Virus record (IMG/VR): IMGVR_UViG_3300025151_000035
Coordinates: 1-62,795 of that record
Source: a virus
Taxonomy: Duplodnaviria > Caudoviricetes
Direction: 5' to 3' (one strand)
DNA length: 62,795 bases
Part shown: in pieces, positions 40,570 to 49,573 of the stretch
Numbering within the stretch: position 1 is the first letter of the stretch
Layout of the letters: every line of letters starts with the position of its first letter
Translations under genes and position numbers: made by a program
Notes under the pieces: generated by a model
The model's database searches: none
Told to the model about the DNA's origin: nothing
What the model saw: only the letters and a program-made list of their open reading frames with translations

Positions 40570-42024
40570 TTACGATGCGATGCACTCGATATCGAGGCTA
40601 GTATCGAATCGGCTTAGGCAAACTGCGCCTGTCTTCAACATGTGAACAGAAGCACCGTCTACGTCAGATGCACGTGAAGTGTTTGCATCAAAACCTTTAG
40701 GTACTACTGAACCTGGTACACACCATCGTAGGTGCTCACGGCCTTTCTTGGAGATCATCTTCAAGTTAGCCTGACCGTCGTAGTTAGACTGGTCTACAAA
40801 TACCATTCTGTAAGACTCCAAAGAGTATCCTGTCACTGGGTGAAGGTCTCTTGCACGAGCTACAGGACCGTGGTCGAACAATGGCATCTTAACTACATTG
40901 ACAGCGTGGCCATCGATGTGCTCATAACGCTTGAAGTATCCTGTAAGTCCAAGATTTCTTCCTGATCCGTTGATGAACTCAGTAGTTGCACTTGCTTGCC
41001 ATGTGTTAGCTCCGAAGAAGTTCTTCAATGCAGCGTCAAACTCACGCATACCACCTGTACCAGTGTAAAGAGTAACTTGCTTTTGGTTAGCATCGGTCAT
41101 TCCGTAGAATAGGTCACCAATGATGTTCAAAAGCTGAGTCTCTGTAAGAGAAGAGTAAGTCTCACGGTTAATGATCTGCTCAAGAAGTCCAGGTCCTACA
41201 ACTACAGGCTGTCCATTCTCATCACGCATGTTAACAACACCGTCGTCACCATACGTACGCTGACCATACCAGTACATCATCTCACACTCTTCTTTAAACT
41301 CAAGCATATGCTGGTACTCTTCATAATCCATCCAAAGCTTAGTAGTACCGCCTCCTTTCTTAGGTAGAGAGAACTCGGCTACAAAGTCCTTAGCGTTTCC
41401 AGACATGTGGTAAGACTTACGTACAGTAGTAAGCTTGTTACGAACAAGTCCAGGTGCTTGCCAGTTAGAAGCATTTCCACGAGAGAAATCAACTCCTACA
41501 GGAGCAAACAATTGAGCCCAAAGATCTCCTGCAGTAAAACCAGTGGTCAATACTGTAGCAGCTGTAGGGCTTACAAGTTGTAGGGTGTATACCCATCCCT
41601 GTCCTGTAGAAGAAGGTACAGGCTCACGCATAATACGTGCCTGCTCTCCAGCTCCGTTTACAAGAACGTAAGGGTGAACAAACCACTTGTCAGGGAAAGT
41701 AAGCTCGAAAGTAGCTCCTCCTTGACCGATGTTTGTACCAGCGTTAGTAACGGCTACAGGTCGGGTCATTAGTTTACGAGTGGCTACTCGATACTCATAC
41801 TCAAGACGGTCAATAGACTGTACGTTTCCAACACCTTCAGACATGAAAGTAAGTGGGAATCGTAGGTCGTCTTTACCTGCGAGGTGAGTTACAATTGGAG
41901 ATAGCTCCGTTGGTTTTGACAACATTGCGTTAGCCAGACTGTTCATGTCTGTCATCTGCGCATCGTTGAAAGTTGTGCGTACGACGGAAATGTTACTTCC
42001 GCCATTTGATGGTCCATTAATCAT
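40570..42024 (-). CDS. major capsid protein (HK97-fold, crAss-like)
   Basis: 484 aa; FPLTFMSEG, RNKLTTVRKS, GPGLLEQI, LYTGTGGMREF and GYFKRYEHIDGH motifs; follows the scaffold gene. Confidence 0.92.
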   Translation of the reverse strand: MINGPSNGGSNISVVRTTFNDAQMTDMNSLANAMLSKPTELSPIVTHLAGKDDLRFPLTFMSEGVGNVQSIDRLEYEYRVATRKLMTRPVAVTNAGTNIGQGGATFELTFPDKWFVHPYVLVNGAGEQARIMREPVPSSTGQGWVYTLQLVSPTAATVLTTGFTAGDLWAQLFAPVGVDFSRGNASNWQAPGLVRNKLTTVRKSYHMSGNAKDFVAEFSLPKKGGGTTKLWMDYEEYQHMLEFKEECEMMYWYGQRTYGDDGVVNMRDENGQPVVVGPGLLEQIINRETYSSLTETQLLNIIGDLFYGMTDANQKQVTLYTGTGGMREFDAALKNFFGANTWQASATTEFINGSGRNLGLTGYFKRYEHIDGHAVNVVKMPLFDHGPVARARDLHPVTGYSLESYRMVFVDQSNYDGQANLKMISKKGREHLRWCVPGSVVPKGFDANTSRASDVDGASVHMLKTGAVCLSRFDTSLDIECIAS

Positions 42025-42049
42025 TTTTTTTCAATTTAAGGGTCGGAGA

Positions 42050-43162
42050 TCAGCCTCCTAGATTAGAAAAGTCAAGGTCGATAGACTCCAAGTTATTATT
42101 AGAACTATTACTTGCAGTTCTTACGCTCTTGGCTCTCTTACTATTATTCTCTAATTTTTCTTTTAGGGTTTTGGCAGCTTTAGTGCTTGCTTTCTTCCCA
42201 ATAAACTTATTTAGATCAAAACCTTTGAACATCAAAAAGTCTATCGCAAGTTTTTGGTCTAGCTCTGCTTTATAAAAGTCTAAATCTCTTTGCGTGTTAC
42301 CTTCTGAATCGATAGGTTTTGATATGTAGTCAAAAAACTTTGACTTGTCTCTTTGAGATATAGGTATACCTGAAAGATCAGATGCATCAGATATAGTGGT
42401 GTTTACATTTTCCCACATCTTTCTTGTTTCCTCTTGCTGCTGTGCATATGCCTGACGTTGCTGATCAAGTGTAGCTTGTCTTTGTGCGGCCTGTGCATCA
42501 GAAAGAGCTTTTTTAGCTGCTTCTGCTTTATCTTTTAAAGTGCCTTTATCTTCATAGGATTCTATCATATCTCCAATAAAATCTCTTTCTGTACCTCTTG
42601 CTATAAGATAGTCTTCAAGGATTCTTTTTTGAGAGTCTGTATCCTCCTCTTTAAGTTCTACTCTAGAGTAATCTATTTCCGGAGTGAAAGCCCTCATGAA
42701 CTCACTTGGGTCACCTCCCTGTTGTACATACTCTAAATGTCTCTGTACAGTAGGAAATCTTTCAAATAGATTATCTAATGTCTCTACCGCAAGTTTTTCA
42801 GATATTGTCTGAGTGAGTTTAGTAAGTCCTTCAGTCGTATCTTCAAATTCTTCATCAATGTCATCATATCCAAATTTTTGAATGATTTCTTCTACAATCG
42901 TAGTTTCTGTATCTTCAGTAGTATCCTCTACATCTTCTACAACTTCTTCTTTAACTTCAGCTACAGGCTCTTCTTTTTTCTCTTCGAGTTTTTCCTCTAG
43001 CTCTTTTTTCTCTTCTTCAGAGTCAATATCTGCAGGTACAATATCTGCAGCGGGTTCTTGTGTTTCCACAGCTTCTTCCTTAGCAGGCTCTTCCCTTACC
43101 GGCTCAGGTGACAGAATATCATCGATCTCGATATCTATCGGCTGTATTTGGTCTTTATCCAT
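42050..43162 (-). CDS. putative scaffolding protein (conserved gene upstream of the MCP)
   Basis: 370 aa; very acidic N-terminus, helical/coiled-coil body; directly upstream of the MCP. Confidence 0.75.
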   Translation of the reverse strand: MDKDQIQPIDIEIDDILSPEPVREEPAKEEAVETQEPAADIVPADIDSEEEKKELEEKLEEKKEEPVAEVKEEVVEDVEDTTEDTETTIVEEIIQKFGYDDIDEEFEDTTEGLTKLTQTISEKLAVETLDNLFERFPTVQRHLEYVQQGGDPSEFMRAFTPEIDYSRVELKEEDTDSQKRILEDYLIARGTERDFIGDMIESYEDKGTLKDKAEAAKKALSDAQAAQRQATLDQQRQAYAQQQEETRKMWENVNTTISDASDLSGIPISQRDKSKFFDYISKPIDSEGNTQRDLDFYKAELDQKLAIDFLMFKGFDLNKFIGKKASTKAAKTLKEKLENNSKRAKSVRTASNSSNNNLESIDLDFSNLGG

Positions 43163-43166
43163 ATTA

Positions 43167-43174
43167 CAAAATTA
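43167..43174 (-). promoter_or_regulatory. Bacteroidota sigma-70 -7 element (TAATTTTG)
   Basis: Exact TAnnTTTG match 4 nt before the scaffold ATG. Confidence 0.65.
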
Positions 43175-43235
43175 ATTTGACTATTTTATTATAGCCAATA
43201 ATATTCTTTTTTAAAAGTGTAGTTATAATATAACA

Positions 43236-45068
43236 CTATTCGTCTTCATTTCTATTTGCGTACCTATGAATTGCAGCAGATCCTAGAGCAGAAGAACCGG
43301 CTCCAAGTCCTACAGCTGCTCTTTTAATATTTTTAGGATTACGCCTAACCCAGCTATCCCCCTTTTCCATCATACCTTTTATTCCCGGAGTAGTTATTTT
43401 ACTATCTGCAAATATTGTGGGAGCGTAAACTCTTTTTCCGTAAGGAGTTTCAACTATTTTAGCATTTGGAATTTTAGATCCATGAGTCTTATTTAACTCT
43501 GCAATTTTTTTATTGATCATTTCTAAGGTAGCGTCAGCTCCATAAGTTTTAACTACTCCGTCTGCATCTACAACATCTTCTCCTTTAGGGCTGTATCCAG
43601 GCTGATAAGATCGGGTCCTAGTATCCCACTTCATCTTATCTCCCAAAAAATTTAACTCGTTCCATTTCCCTGAAAACTTTATGTCTACTAAATCCTTAGT
43701 ATTTTTCTTGTTCAATTTATCTATCATAAACGGATAAGAGTCTGTAGAAAGACTTCTTTCTTGAAATCTTGCGCCTGGATTTTTTGTTACATCGTTAATT
43801 ATGTTTTTCAGATGCAAGGCAGCTCCTATTGTTCCTGTAGGATCTTTAGGAGTTTTAAATTCAGATTTTTTTACATAAGAATGTGAAACGTCTCCTATAT
43901 GAGATCCCTTTTCTTGAGCAGACCTGTATAAAGATCTAGGACTATATCTCCCCGTTTGAAGGTCTATGTCTAAAGTTGCTCTTCTATCTTTTAGATTATC
44001 TACTATTCCTTCAACTCTATCTTTAATTTTATCTTTTAAAGTCTTAGGTCTTTGATCTAAAGGAGTTTCGAGATCTTTATATCTCATAGATTCTCCAGAA
44101 AAAGGATTATCTATTCTAGTAGTCTCTTTACCAAAAGGGCCATCAAATTGTCTTACAGTACTGGCGTCTCTAAATAATTCAGAATTACGATTTCTTTGTG
44201 CTCCTAAAAAATTATCAGTTGTAAACATGACTGGTTCAAAGTCGCCTTGAGGATTTCTTTCTAGTCTTGTAATTATGTCTGTATTGCTTGCTGCTATGTC
44301 AGCAGGAAGTTTTCTAGATACACTTTCAGGTAGTATTCCAGGAGGCGCTCCTCTCTGAATTTGTATTCCTCCTGCATCTACTAACTCTCTAAGCCTATCA
44401 GCTCGTATATCCTCATTACGATTTATGTCATCTATCGCAGCTCTAGCTTCCTCAGTTATATACCCTTCAGCCGCTGTAGACTCGTCTGCAATTCTATCTA
44501 TTTCTTGTTCAGCTAACATTCTATCTCTAGAGATCTGATCTTCTATCTCTCTTGTATTTCTATTTATATTATCATAAATCTCATCTTGAGTTAGAGGTCT
44601 ACCATCAGAGGTAAGTCTAGGCTGTAGTAAGTTGGCTTTTTCTAAAACTTCTTTTCCTCTCCCTCTAAATTTATTTATTAGCTTTTTACCTGCTTTTAAA
44701 CCTCCCATAGTTACTCCCGGTAAAGCTGCTGCAAGTCCTGCCATACCTAATGTGCCGTAGTCTCTTTTATCTAGAGCTTCCAGTAACATAGCTGCATCCA
44801 TAACATCTCCTGTTCCAGGTGCAAACTCTAAAGGAGTTCTTAAAGCCTCGGCAACATTACCTGTAGCGCCTCGAGCTGCATAGGCTATAGGGTCATTTTC
44901 TCTACTCCAGTTTCTTACTGCGGTAGGATCAGTCCTATCTAACTTATCAGATATTACTACTTCAGGTAGAGAGTATGGTGCCTCATATACTTGTTCGCCA
45001 TCTAAGGTGTTTTCAGGGTCTATATTTACAAGCCCTGCTTTTTGATATCTATGTAATCCTCTATACAT
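43236..45068 (-). CDS. putative internal virion protein with a pre-toxin-like hydrophobic hairpin
   Basis: 610 aa; N-terminal RYQKAG; LEFAPGTGDVMDA...LGMAGLAAALPG segment; located between portal and scaffold. Confidence 0.55.
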   Translation of the reverse strand: MYRGLHRYQKAGLVNIDPENTLDGEQVYEAPYSLPEVVISDKLDRTDPTAVRNWSRENDPIAYAARGATGNVAEALRTPLEFAPGTGDVMDAAMLLEALDKRDYGTLGMAGLAAALPGVTMGGLKAGKKLINKFRGRGKEVLEKANLLQPRLTSDGRPLTQDEIYDNINRNTREIEDQISRDRMLAEQEIDRIADESTAAEGYITEEARAAIDDINRNEDIRADRLRELVDAGGIQIQRGAPPGILPESVSRKLPADIAASNTDIITRLERNPQGDFEPVMFTTDNFLGAQRNRNSELFRDASTVRQFDGPFGKETTRIDNPFSGESMRYKDLETPLDQRPKTLKDKIKDRVEGIVDNLKDRRATLDIDLQTGRYSPRSLYRSAQEKGSHIGDVSHSYVKKSEFKTPKDPTGTIGAALHLKNIINDVTKNPGARFQERSLSTDSYPFMIDKLNKKNTKDLVDIKFSGKWNELNFLGDKMKWDTRTRSYQPGYSPKGEDVVDADGVVKTYGADATLEMINKKIAELNKTHGSKIPNAKIVETPYGKRVYAPTIFADSKITTPGIKGMMEKGDSWVRRNPKNIKRAAVGLGAGSSALGSAAIHRYANRNEDE

Positions 45069-45070
45069 GT

Positions 45071-46849
45071 CTACGATCCTATATTAATAATACTTTGTCT
45101 TGAAGAAGGATCTCCAGGATCGCTTCCTAAATACTGTGCTAAGTTTCTAGCTGTTCGATATGCGCTGTCACTTTTAGATTTTTCCCAAGCTTCTTTAAAC
45201 CCTACATCTTCAGATTCTTCTATCCCGTAAGATCCAGGATTAAAATCATAACCCTTGTCTACAGCTAATGTATCTGAAGGTAATCCTTCATATGATGGAG
45301 TGATAACTATATCTGTTCTTCCTACAGTACTTTGCATTTGTGTAGCAGGATCTAAGAATATGTTTTTAATAGCCTCTTTGTTTCCTATGTCTCCTCTATA
45401 AGCTTCATTTACATCTATAGCTCCTTCTTTTTTATAGTCTGGATAGTCAATATACCTTCTACCAGAAGCAAGTGCGTCTTTTGCAGCTCTATTCAGCACT
45501 GCAAGTTGTTCTGAAGTTATATCTCTTTCAGACATGGGGCTTGGACGGGTTTCTAATCCTGTGAATTTGTTAAACTGTTTTCTGGCTACATCTCCTATTA
45601 AATTTGTTATAGCTCCAGTCATATTGCTTAAAGCAGGACTTCCAGAATATTCTCTTTTAAACCTTTTGTAAGCTTTTGCAGTTTCAGGTCCCCATACTCC
45701 CTCTGTATTAAGATTCAATTCGGGATATATGTTATTTAAAGCTCTTTGCAAAGACTCTATGTTTTGACCTGATGATGTCATAACTTCAGCATCTTCTCCT
45801 CCTTCTCCTACCATACCTGCAAGTTGGTATTTAGGTAATATCGGTTTATCAACCTTTTTTTGCAATCTTTCCAATGATCTAGCATCTCTTTTAGTCCAAT
45901 TAGAATCTCCATATACACCTTGAAATATATCAGAGTCTTTTCCAGCTATATTAATTTCACCACTTTTTATGGCTTTTTCTATACTCTCTTTAGTCCTCTC
46001 TCTTCTGTTTTCCCACTCATTCAACTCCTTTCTGGCATTTTCTCTTGCCTCTTTAGGGGATTGTTGTTTAAAATCTCTGTTAAATTCTTTAAGTCCTTTA
46101 AGTGCCCCTCTCTTTGATATCTGTCTATTGTTCCCTCTATAACCTGTCATACGTTGTTCTACAGGGTCATCACTATAACCCTGTTTATTATACATGTCAA
46201 TATTATCAAACCAATTTCGCATACTATCAGAGCGCCCAAGACTAACCCCCATCTCACTAAATTTATGATAACGTGAATTTATAAGGGGATTTATCTCTTT
46301 CCGCATAAACTTTTTAGATTCCCTCCAAGCTTCTTTTCTGGACACATCAGGATCTGCAAGATTATATTTATAAAGATCTTGAAGGAGTAGGTTTTTTCTA
46401 TCTTTTGTTGATTCAGGTAATTGTGGGGGATTAATGCCTCCGTCTGCTGTATTATATACATGGCTTCCTGCGTATCCTCCCACAATTTGAGGTTCGTATG
46501 CAAACCTCTTAATATTCCAATGTCTATCCCCTTTATAATCTACTTCAGGATATTGTTCACTTATATCAGGGTATAAGCGGCCTGTTCCTGGTTGGCCTTT
46601 CCACTCTATTTTATCTTTATCCTCTATAAAATTTTGGTCTGAAAACTTATGTCTTCCAATAGAAAATTGTCTATAAAACTCTGATTCAGCGCGAGTTTCT
46701 GGCCTTTCAGTATTTCGTCTAATGCTTCTTCTTGTAGGATTTCCACCTTTTTGAAACTTATCAAGGGGCTTAACGTACTTTTTAATGTCATCTAGACTAG
46801 ATGCACGTAATTTAGATGGAAGAATGCCTCTAGGTTTCTTCTTCCTCAT
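45071..46849 (-). CDS. putative internal virion protein with a peptidoglycan-binding-like domain
   Basis: 592 aa; KFQKGG and KYQLAG motifs; IESLQRALN...EGVWGPETAKAYKRF resembles PG_binding_1. Confidence 0.6.
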   Translation of the reverse strand: MRKKKPRGILPSKLRASSLDDIKKYVKPLDKFQKGGNPTRRSIRRNTERPETRAESEFYRQFSIGRHKFSDQNFIEDKDKIEWKGQPGTGRLYPDISEQYPEVDYKGDRHWNIKRFAYEPQIVGGYAGSHVYNTADGGINPPQLPESTKDRKNLLLQDLYKYNLADPDVSRKEAWRESKKFMRKEINPLINSRYHKFSEMGVSLGRSDSMRNWFDNIDMYNKQGYSDDPVEQRMTGYRGNNRQISKRGALKGLKEFNRDFKQQSPKEARENARKELNEWENRRERTKESIEKAIKSGEINIAGKDSDIFQGVYGDSNWTKRDARSLERLQKKVDKPILPKYQLAGMVGEGGEDAEVMTSSGQNIESLQRALNNIYPELNLNTEGVWGPETAKAYKRFKREYSGSPALSNMTGAITNLIGDVARKQFNKFTGLETRPSPMSERDITSEQLAVLNRAAKDALASGRRYIDYPDYKKEGAIDVNEAYRGDIGNKEAIKNIFLDPATQMQSTVGRTDIVITPSYEGLPSDTLAVDKGYDFNPGSYGIEESEDVGFKEAWEKSKSDSAYRTARNLAQYLGSDPGDPSSRQSIINIGS

Positions 46850-47292
46850 TTTTTTCTGGTTTTTCTGTATAGATCTATTTTTTCAGAGAATGATAACTCT
46901 TCTTTAGCCTTGCCTCCGAACTTGTATTGTGTAGGGTTTTCTATAACCGTATCTACTTTGGGTCCCATAGGTATACTTTCTATACCTGGAGGTACTGCTT
47001 CGTAAGATCTTACAAGTCCTCCTTGATTATCAAACCCTTGTATATCTATAGGGTAGTCCATACCCATAGTATTAAAATCCTGTCCCTGTGTGTCAGGAAA
47101 TACCATAGGTCGTGGAGGTCCCTGTGTAAGACCTACTTGTTGTTCCATAGCTGTAGATGCAACTTCTGCTCCAGCTTCGATCATAGCATCTTCTTGCATA
47201 GCTGCAGCTTCTTCAGCCATTATAAGTTCTGTAATGCTGCCTTGATAATTATCAGCATAAGCTTGCTTCATTATATCAATAGGTGAGATCAT
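46846..47292 (-). CDS. hypothetical protein downstream of the portal
   Basis: 148 aa; TMGMDYPIDI...VPPG...VIENP followed by QYKFGG; TAATG-coupled to the portal. Confidence 0.6.
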   Translation of the reverse strand: MISPIDIMKQAYADNYQGSITELIMAEEAAAMQEDAMIEAGAEVASTAMEQQVGLTQGPPRPMVFPDTQGQDFNTMGMDYPIDIQGFDNQGGLVRSYEAVPPGIESIPMGPKVDTVIENPTQYKFGGKAKEELSFSEKIDLYRKTRKK

Positions 47293-49499
47293 TACTTGCT
47301 TCCTTTATCTTTTTTTCTAGATATCTCTTCTTTAGCTCTATTAGATCTTTCTGTTTCAGCGATCTGCCTCTCTTTAAGATCGTTTGATCTATCCTGTACA
47401 TGTGTATCTACAGGCTCTGGAGGTAATGGTTCAGGATGAGTGATCATAGCTACATCGATCTTATTCTTTCTATCTAGCTCTTTATTAAGGTTATCATCAT
47501 TCCTTTCCCTCTCTTTCATTTCCATTTCTGCAGCTCTAGCTTCTTGCTCTGCTTGGCCTTGTGCAGCTTCAAGCTCCTGTCGTGCTCGTTCTGCCTGCTT
47601 GATCTTATCCTTCATCATAACGAAGTTTTCAGAATCAACTATATCTGCTACTGTACTTGCCGGTGTGCCATTCTGTAGCATACCCATACCGAACTCTCTC
47701 ATAAGGTTCAGTTTTTCAAGTTCTTTAGTAGCATCTGATACAAAGATTCCAAGATCAGATTCAAGATAAGGGAGGGGGTCTATAGCAAAGAACTCAACTG
47801 TACCATCAGGCATTACATACTGTGCCTGCTTTCCTGTTATCCATGCTTCCTTAGAGTAGTCAAGAAGTGCTTGTAGGTCTCTTTGTTCTACACCGGCAAA
47901 CTTCCTGTATAGGTCCTCAGTTGTATGAGCACTCTGTACAATTGCTTGCTGGCTTGTAGCCTTACCGTCATATTGAGACATCCCTCCCATTCTTTGACGG
48001 TTAACACCGGATACTCTTTCCCACTCCATCTGTATAGAGTTCAATAACTCTACATACATACCCATTGTCTTCATTGACAGGTCAAGTACGGATTGATGCT
48101 GCGGACTCAGTTTTACGCCTTCTTTGTTGTAGTCTATCCATGCAATCCCAGTACCTTCTACATAGTACATAAACTTGTCCATATCCCATTTTTTAGGGAT
48201 CATGTTTATATCAAGTTGTGCGATTATGTCTTTTGACCTGGCAATAGCCAATTCCAATCGATATTTGTATACGTTATAGTTAAGCTGATACGGTATACCA
48301 AGCATCACTAATGAGATGTTATTGGTATTTATATCAGAGTATCTACGTCCGTTTATAGGGAGTTTGTTCTTAGAAGGATTATTGATAGACATCCTTTGAT
48401 TGTCAAAAGGACGCATGTTTATGTATATATCCTCTCCTATGCATACACCTTGATAAACAAGGTTATGCCATTCCCACTCCATTTTTGCTCCAAGCTCTTT
48501 CAGTTCTGGAGGTAGTCTATATCCGTCTTCTACTTCAAACATCTCCATGTCTCCTGTTTCAGGATCGAAGTAGGATACGAATCCCGTTCTTTGCATAGAC
48601 TGCCAGTACAGTATACGTACTCTTACAAGTCTATCTCTAAGGTCATCGTATCTATCAATATAAGTAGAGTCATAGATAAAGCTACCTGTGCCTGCGCTTT
48701 GGAATACCTGATCTATCTGATCTGGTTTAAGATCTCTACCAAAAGCTTCAATTACAGATGATGGGTGCATGTATTTAGTTACCATTGCCCAATCACCATC
48801 TTCTACGTAGTCTAGATCTGGATCAAGATCATAGTCTACATCTAACGGGTTCAGTATATCGTAGAATACTTCTCCGTTTCTTACTCCCCTTTCTGTATAG
48901 CATTCTCCTGATACAAGAAAATGAAACCATCCTTTCTGCAGTTTTTCATGAACCTTGCAATCCTGCATAATATAGTTCATGCCTTTCTGTCCTAGAATAG
49001 CTCTTGTATCTATATAGCTCCTTTCAAACATGTTTGCCAGTTCTTCAGGGAGCTGTGGTTGTTCTTGACTTGGAACGCCTGTTTCTATACCCATAGCATT
49101 TACCTCATTTACAAAGGCTTGCTTCATGGCTTCTAAAACTGCGGCTTTCTTTTCTTCTTCCATACGGGAAACGGAGTCCGAATTTTGTACGGTCACTGAG
49201 TAATTTAATGGACGTTTAGCTTTTTCCCCCAGAAGTAGGTCTACGATAGGTTTGATAAGGGGATAGTTGCGCATTTTTGAAGGGAAGTTCTTACGGGCTT
49301 TGCCATAAGGCTGCACAACATAGCGATAGTCATCATCATGAATCACCCCATTGTAGTAATCATACAATTTCCGGAGCTCCTCTTTCCTGTTAGTTCTTCC
49401 AAAGTCAGCTAGAGAAAAATAGGCTTCCATCGTATTGATGGCCCATTCTCTGGTTTTTCTTGACTGTGGTATACGTTGGTTTGGGATTTCGCTGTACAT
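47292..49499 (-). CDS. portal protein
   Basis: 735 aa; NYPLIKPIVDLLLGE, NKLPING, PYQLNYN and SGVNRQRMG motifs of crAss-like portals; follows the terminase. Confidence 0.92.
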   Translation of the reverse strand: MYSEIPNQRIPQSRKTREWAINTMEAYFSLADFGRTNRKEELRKLYDYYNGVIHDDDYRYVVQPYGKARKNFPSKMRNYPLIKPIVDLLLGEKAKRPLNYSVTVQNSDSVSRMEEEKKAAVLEAMKQAFVNEVNAMGIETGVPSQEQPQLPEELANMFERSYIDTRAILGQKGMNYIMQDCKVHEKLQKGWFHFLVSGECYTERGVRNGEVFYDILNPLDVDYDLDPDLDYVEDGDWAMVTKYMHPSSVIEAFGRDLKPDQIDQVFQSAGTGSFIYDSTYIDRYDDLRDRLVRVRILYWQSMQRTGFVSYFDPETGDMEMFEVEDGYRLPPELKELGAKMEWEWHNLVYQGVCIGEDIYINMRPFDNQRMSINNPSKNKLPINGRRYSDINTNNISLVMLGIPYQLNYNVYKYRLELAIARSKDIIAQLDINMIPKKWDMDKFMYYVEGTGIAWIDYNKEGVKLSPQHQSVLDLSMKTMGMYVELLNSIQMEWERVSGVNRQRMGGMSQYDGKATSQQAIVQSAHTTEDLYRKFAGVEQRDLQALLDYSKEAWITGKQAQYVMPDGTVEFFAIDPLPYLESDLGIFVSDATKELEKLNLMREFGMGMLQNGTPASTVADIVDSENFVMMKDKIKQAERARQELEAAQGQAEQEARAAEMEMKERERNDDNLNKELDRKNKIDVAMITHPEPLPPEPVDTHVQDRSNDLKERQIAETERSNRAKEEISRKKDKGSK

Positions 49500-49504
49500 T
49501 CCTA

Positions 49505-49512
49505 CAAAGTTA
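49505..49512 (-). promoter_or_regulatory. Bacteroidota sigma-70 -7 element (TAACTTTG)
   Basis: Exact TAnnTTTG match 5 nt before the portal ATG. Confidence 0.6.
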
Positions 49513-49573
49513 CTTGTTACCGTTTATAGCTTTGAATATAGCTATATTTTAATTGACTATATATAATAGCACA

